From a virus: a stretch of DNA of 36,036 bases. Shown here in pieces: positions 34,089 to 36,036 of this stretch; the stretch's first letter is position 1, and each line of letters begins with the position of its first letter. Made by a program: the position numbers and the translations under genes. The notes beneath the pieces were generated by a model that saw only the letters and a list, made by a program, of their open reading frames with translations, was not told the DNA's origin and ran no database searches. The DNA lies in the IMG/VR virus record IMGVR_UViG_3300016484_000187, positions 1 through 36,036 of that record. The stretch is one strand, 5' to 3'.

Positions 34089-34096
34089 TATATTTG
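34067..34096 (+). promoter_or_regulatory. Bacteroidota-type promoter (TTTG-N18-TATATTTG)
   Basis: TTTG at 34067-70. TATATTTG at 34089-96 is the same -7 octamer as at 30518. Confidence 0.55.
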
Positions 34097-34238
34097 CTCA
34101 TTAGGTCGTAGCTGACCAATAACAAATTATGTCACAAGCAATTTATTATAATCCCGTTTGGGGTGCATTAACACGGAGGGTCGATTTGTCCCAACAGCTA
34201 CCCGTGTTGAACACTTCGACGGGATTTACTTTTTAATT

Positions 34239-34931
34239 ATGCGAAAGTCATTTATTATTCACATGGATTCTTTGGTCGTTTTGGACAGCCTTACTGATGA
34301 ACAGGCAGGGCAGTTGTTTAAGAAAATATACGACTACAACAAACCAAAAGAACCCAACGAAACCCAAATAACCCAGTCGGTTAATCAAATAATTGACTTA
34401 GTGTTTATCCCGTTCAAAGCACAATTTGACAGGGATTCAGCTAAATATCAGGCGGTGTGTGAACGCAATAAAAAGAATGGAATGATGGGTGGTAGAAGAA
34501 CCCAAAGAACCCAGTCGCCCCCAGTCGCCCCCGATAGTAAGAGTGATAGTAAAAAAGATAGTGATAAAGATAGTGATAAAGACAACGATAGTTATTTTCA
34601 AGAATATGCAGAAACCGAGCAACCGATACAACCGCCACGTTACATTGACCAATTCAAACCGCAGCCGAAATTTAAGGTGGAACACATCCGAGAATTGCCC
34701 AAACAGACATTGTGGTATGAAAATGTTATCCGAGCCTATAAGATTAGTCCTGATGACTTTAACAGGCTTGTTGATGAGTTTATAGCACATTGCTATTCGC
34801 AAGGCAAGGATGACGATAAAACGGAACGCGATCTAAAATCGCATTTTACTAACTGGCTTGGAGTAAAGCAAAAGAACGGTGAACTTAAACCAAAACCAAA
34901 ACCGCAGTATAAAAAGTTTAATTTTGAGTAA
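34239..34931 (+). CDS. DUF6291-like protein, a putative replication-associated organiser, with a low-complexity repeat linker
   Basis: 'MRKSFIIHMDSLVVLDSLTDEQAGQLFKKIYDY' and 'CERNKKNGMMGGR'. The start is moved from TTG 34158 to ATG 34239. Confidence 0.45.
   Translation: MRKSFIIHMDSLVVLDSLTDEQAGQLFKKIYDYNKPKEPNETQITQSVNQIIDLVFIPFKAQFDRDSAKYQAVCERNKKNGMMGGRRTQRTQSPPVAPDSKSDSKKDSDKDSDKDNDSYFQEYAETEQPIQPPRYIDQFKPQPKFKVEHIRELPKQTLWYENVIRAYKISPDDFNRLVDEFIAHCYSQGKDDDKTERDLKSHFTNWLGVKQKNGELKPKPKPQYKKFNFE
34511..34592 (+). repeat. Short tandem repeats: ccagtcgccc x2, then GATAGT x5 with mostly 12-nt phasing
   Basis: ccagtcgccc at 34511-20 and 34521-30. GATAGT at 34533, 34545, 34557, 34569 and 34587. 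Confidence 0.85.
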
Positions 34932-34965
34932 TTAACATTAACTTTGTAAACCAAACTAAATCAAT

Positions 34966-35412
34966 ATGAAGGCTAAAACAAAATACACTCCGCTATTTAC
35001 TATTAAAAAAAATGACACAGAATTTCCTCAAGTAAAAATTAAATCAAGCCTTGATGCATACAATTTCATAAGGCAATTTTATTTTGAAGATATAGAGGTT
35101 TATGAATCATTTTTTATATTATTATTGAATAGAAGCAAAACGACTGTTGGCTACGCTAAAATATCGCAAGGTGGAATATCAGGTACTGTTGTTGATATCC
35201 GTATTATTGCAAAATATGCATTGGATAGTTTGGCAGACGCTGTTATACTTGCACACAATCATCCATCGGGCAATGTACAGCCTTCAGATCAAGATATAAA
35301 TTTAACCAAAAAGACAGCACAAGCGTTGAAATTGATTGATGTTGATATTTGTGATCACGTAATCTTGACAAAAAGTAGTTATTATTCATTTGCTGATGAA
35401 GGCAAGTTATAA
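34966..35412 (+). CDS. radC: RadC-like JAB/JAMM-domain protein
   Basis: 'AVILAHNHPSGNVQPSDQD' fits the H-x-H-x7-S-x2-D JAMM motif. The gene is AT-rich. Confidence 0.8.
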   Translation: MKAKTKYTPLFTIKKNDTEFPQVKIKSSLDAYNFIRQFYFEDIEVYESFFILLLNRSKTTVGYAKISQGGISGTVVDIRIIAKYALDSLADAVILAHNHPSGNVQPSDQDINLTKKTAQALKLIDVDICDHVILTKSSYYSFADEGKL

Positions 35413-35434
35413 ACCAAAATAAAACAAATGAACT

Positions 35435-35785
35435 ATGTTTACACTAAAACTATTTGACAGAAAAGGAATAGAACTCCAATTTGGCGATATTGTAAAAATA
35501 TCAAACGGCAAAGAGTTCACATTCTATGCAGAGGTAACATACTTGCAGCAGGAAAAATTGATAGCGCCGTTTCACACGTTTAGTTTTCATTCATTTGAAA
35601 AGGTGGATGCATTGCCTTATAACGCTATTAAAGCAACTGGCGAAGAAAGATACAACGTGTGGTACACCGAAGATTCTGAATTGGACGCAGAACACAACGA
35701 AGTAGCGATAAAGGATTACCTGATACAATGGAGAGAATGCGAACGTTTAATTGAGCAAGGTATTTACCAAATTGAATTTATTTAA
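35435..35785 (+). CDS. Hypothetical protein (AT-rich island)
   Basis: 116-aa ORF. Confidence 0.55.
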   Translation: MFTLKLFDRKGIELQFGDIVKISNGKEFTFYAEVTYLQQEKLIAPFHTFSFHSFEKVDALPYNAIKATGEERYNVWYTEDSELDAEHNEVAIKDYLIQWRECERLIEQGIYQIEFI

Positions 35786-35794
35786 CCGAATTAA

Positions 35795-35998
35795 ATGAAC
35801 GAGCCGAAAAAATTGATAGGTAAAAAAGCATACGAGAAGTTAAGACCAGATAGAATCGGAATTTTGGAGTGTATTGCTTTTCAGAGCAAAGACAATAAGA
35901 TATGTTGGTTCTTGTTTAGATGGGAACATGGTGCTTATCTTGTAAGTTACGAAGATTTACATATTGTGCAATATGATGAACAATTAACTCTATTTTAG
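35795..35998 (+). CDS. Hypothetical protein (AT-rich island)
   Basis: 67-aa ORF. Confidence 0.5.
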   Translation: MNEPKKLIGKKAYEKLRPDRIGILECIAFQSKDNKICWFLFRWEHGAYLVSYEDLHIVQYDEQLTLF

Positions 35999-36005
35999 CA
36001 GCCAA

Positions 36006-36036
36006 ATGAACGACAGAAAACCGCCATACAACTTAG
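36006..36036 (+). CDS. dnaB: 5' end of dnaB, which continues at nt 23 of the window once the 22-nt overlap is removed
   Basis: ATG at 36006. MNDRKPPYNL... runs in frame into 1..1383. Confidence 0.85.
   Translation, partial: MNDRKPPYNL

Noticed and set aside
34150-34226. An 8-bp inverted repeat enclosing about 60 nt, which looked tRNA-sized.
   Set aside because: I could not fold it into a cloverleaf. There is no T-arm (GTTCxAxxC-like) or D-arm geometry adjacent to the putative acceptor stem. I treat it as leader structure instead.
34511-34592. Short tandem repeats as a possible CRISPR array.
   Set aside because: The units are 6-12 nt with no spacers of CRISPR size. They lie inside a coding linker, encode SPPVAP and DS/DK repeats, and there are no cas genes.
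151-34802. All minus-strand ORFs in the six-frame track, for example 510..758, 4332..4589, 13881..14180, 15072..15377, 18205..18426, 18606..18833, 22713..22997, 29859..30149, 33423..33740 and 34437..34802.
   Set aside because: Each lies entirely antisense to a longer + strand ORF with recognisable protein motifs. Several are mirror images of low-complexity coding: the Gly run of the tape-measure-like gene gives a Pro run, and the Glu/Lys-rich region gives a Phe/Leu-rich ORF. No strand switch, promoter or terminator supports them.
1-36036. A lysogeny module (integrase, excisionase, CI-like repressor with attP).
   Set aside because: No tyrosine or serine recombinase motifs were recognised in any ORF. 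The only small HTH genes lie in the early lytic-type region. Lifestyle remains unproven, but there is no evidence for integration.

Overview
The window is a complete tailed dsDNA phage genome of about 36.0 kb. It was linearised inside the dnaB helicase gene: nt 1-22 are identical to nt 36015-36036, and the dnaB reading frame runs across the junction. Every credible gene is on the + strand, and many neighbours overlap by 1-4 nt (ATGA type), so they are probably translationally coupled. Expression signals look Bacteroidota-like: there are no Shine-Dalgarno sequences, early leaders are A/C-rich, and two promoters fit TTG-N18/19-TAnnTTTG. This host inference rests on those signals only.

Modules in order:
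- Replication and early genes (30564 to the end, wrapping to about 3500): small ORFs, an HTH protein, RecT plus YqaJ exonuclease, VRR-NUC, a DUF6291-like protein, RadC/JAB, DnaB, a DnaA-domain-IV-like protein and a sigma-like protein.
- An eight-gene glycosyltransferase/methyltransferase cluster (3505-9044).
- Terminase small and large subunits (9781-11377).
- Tail, baseplate and fibre-like genes and a tape-measure-like gene (12162-18981).
- Protease, scaffold and major capsid protein (19011-21310).
- A tail-tube-like gene, portal, connector-like genes and a fibre with an internal repeat (21368-27257).
- Holin, amidase endolysin, a metallophosphoesterase and a double-TM coiled-coil protein (27879-30438).

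I found no integrase, tRNA or CRISPR array. The most unusual content is the glycan assembly and methylation cluster, which sits in a chain of overlapping genes between a sigma-like gene and the terminase genes. All family assignments come from motif recognition by eye, not from database searches.
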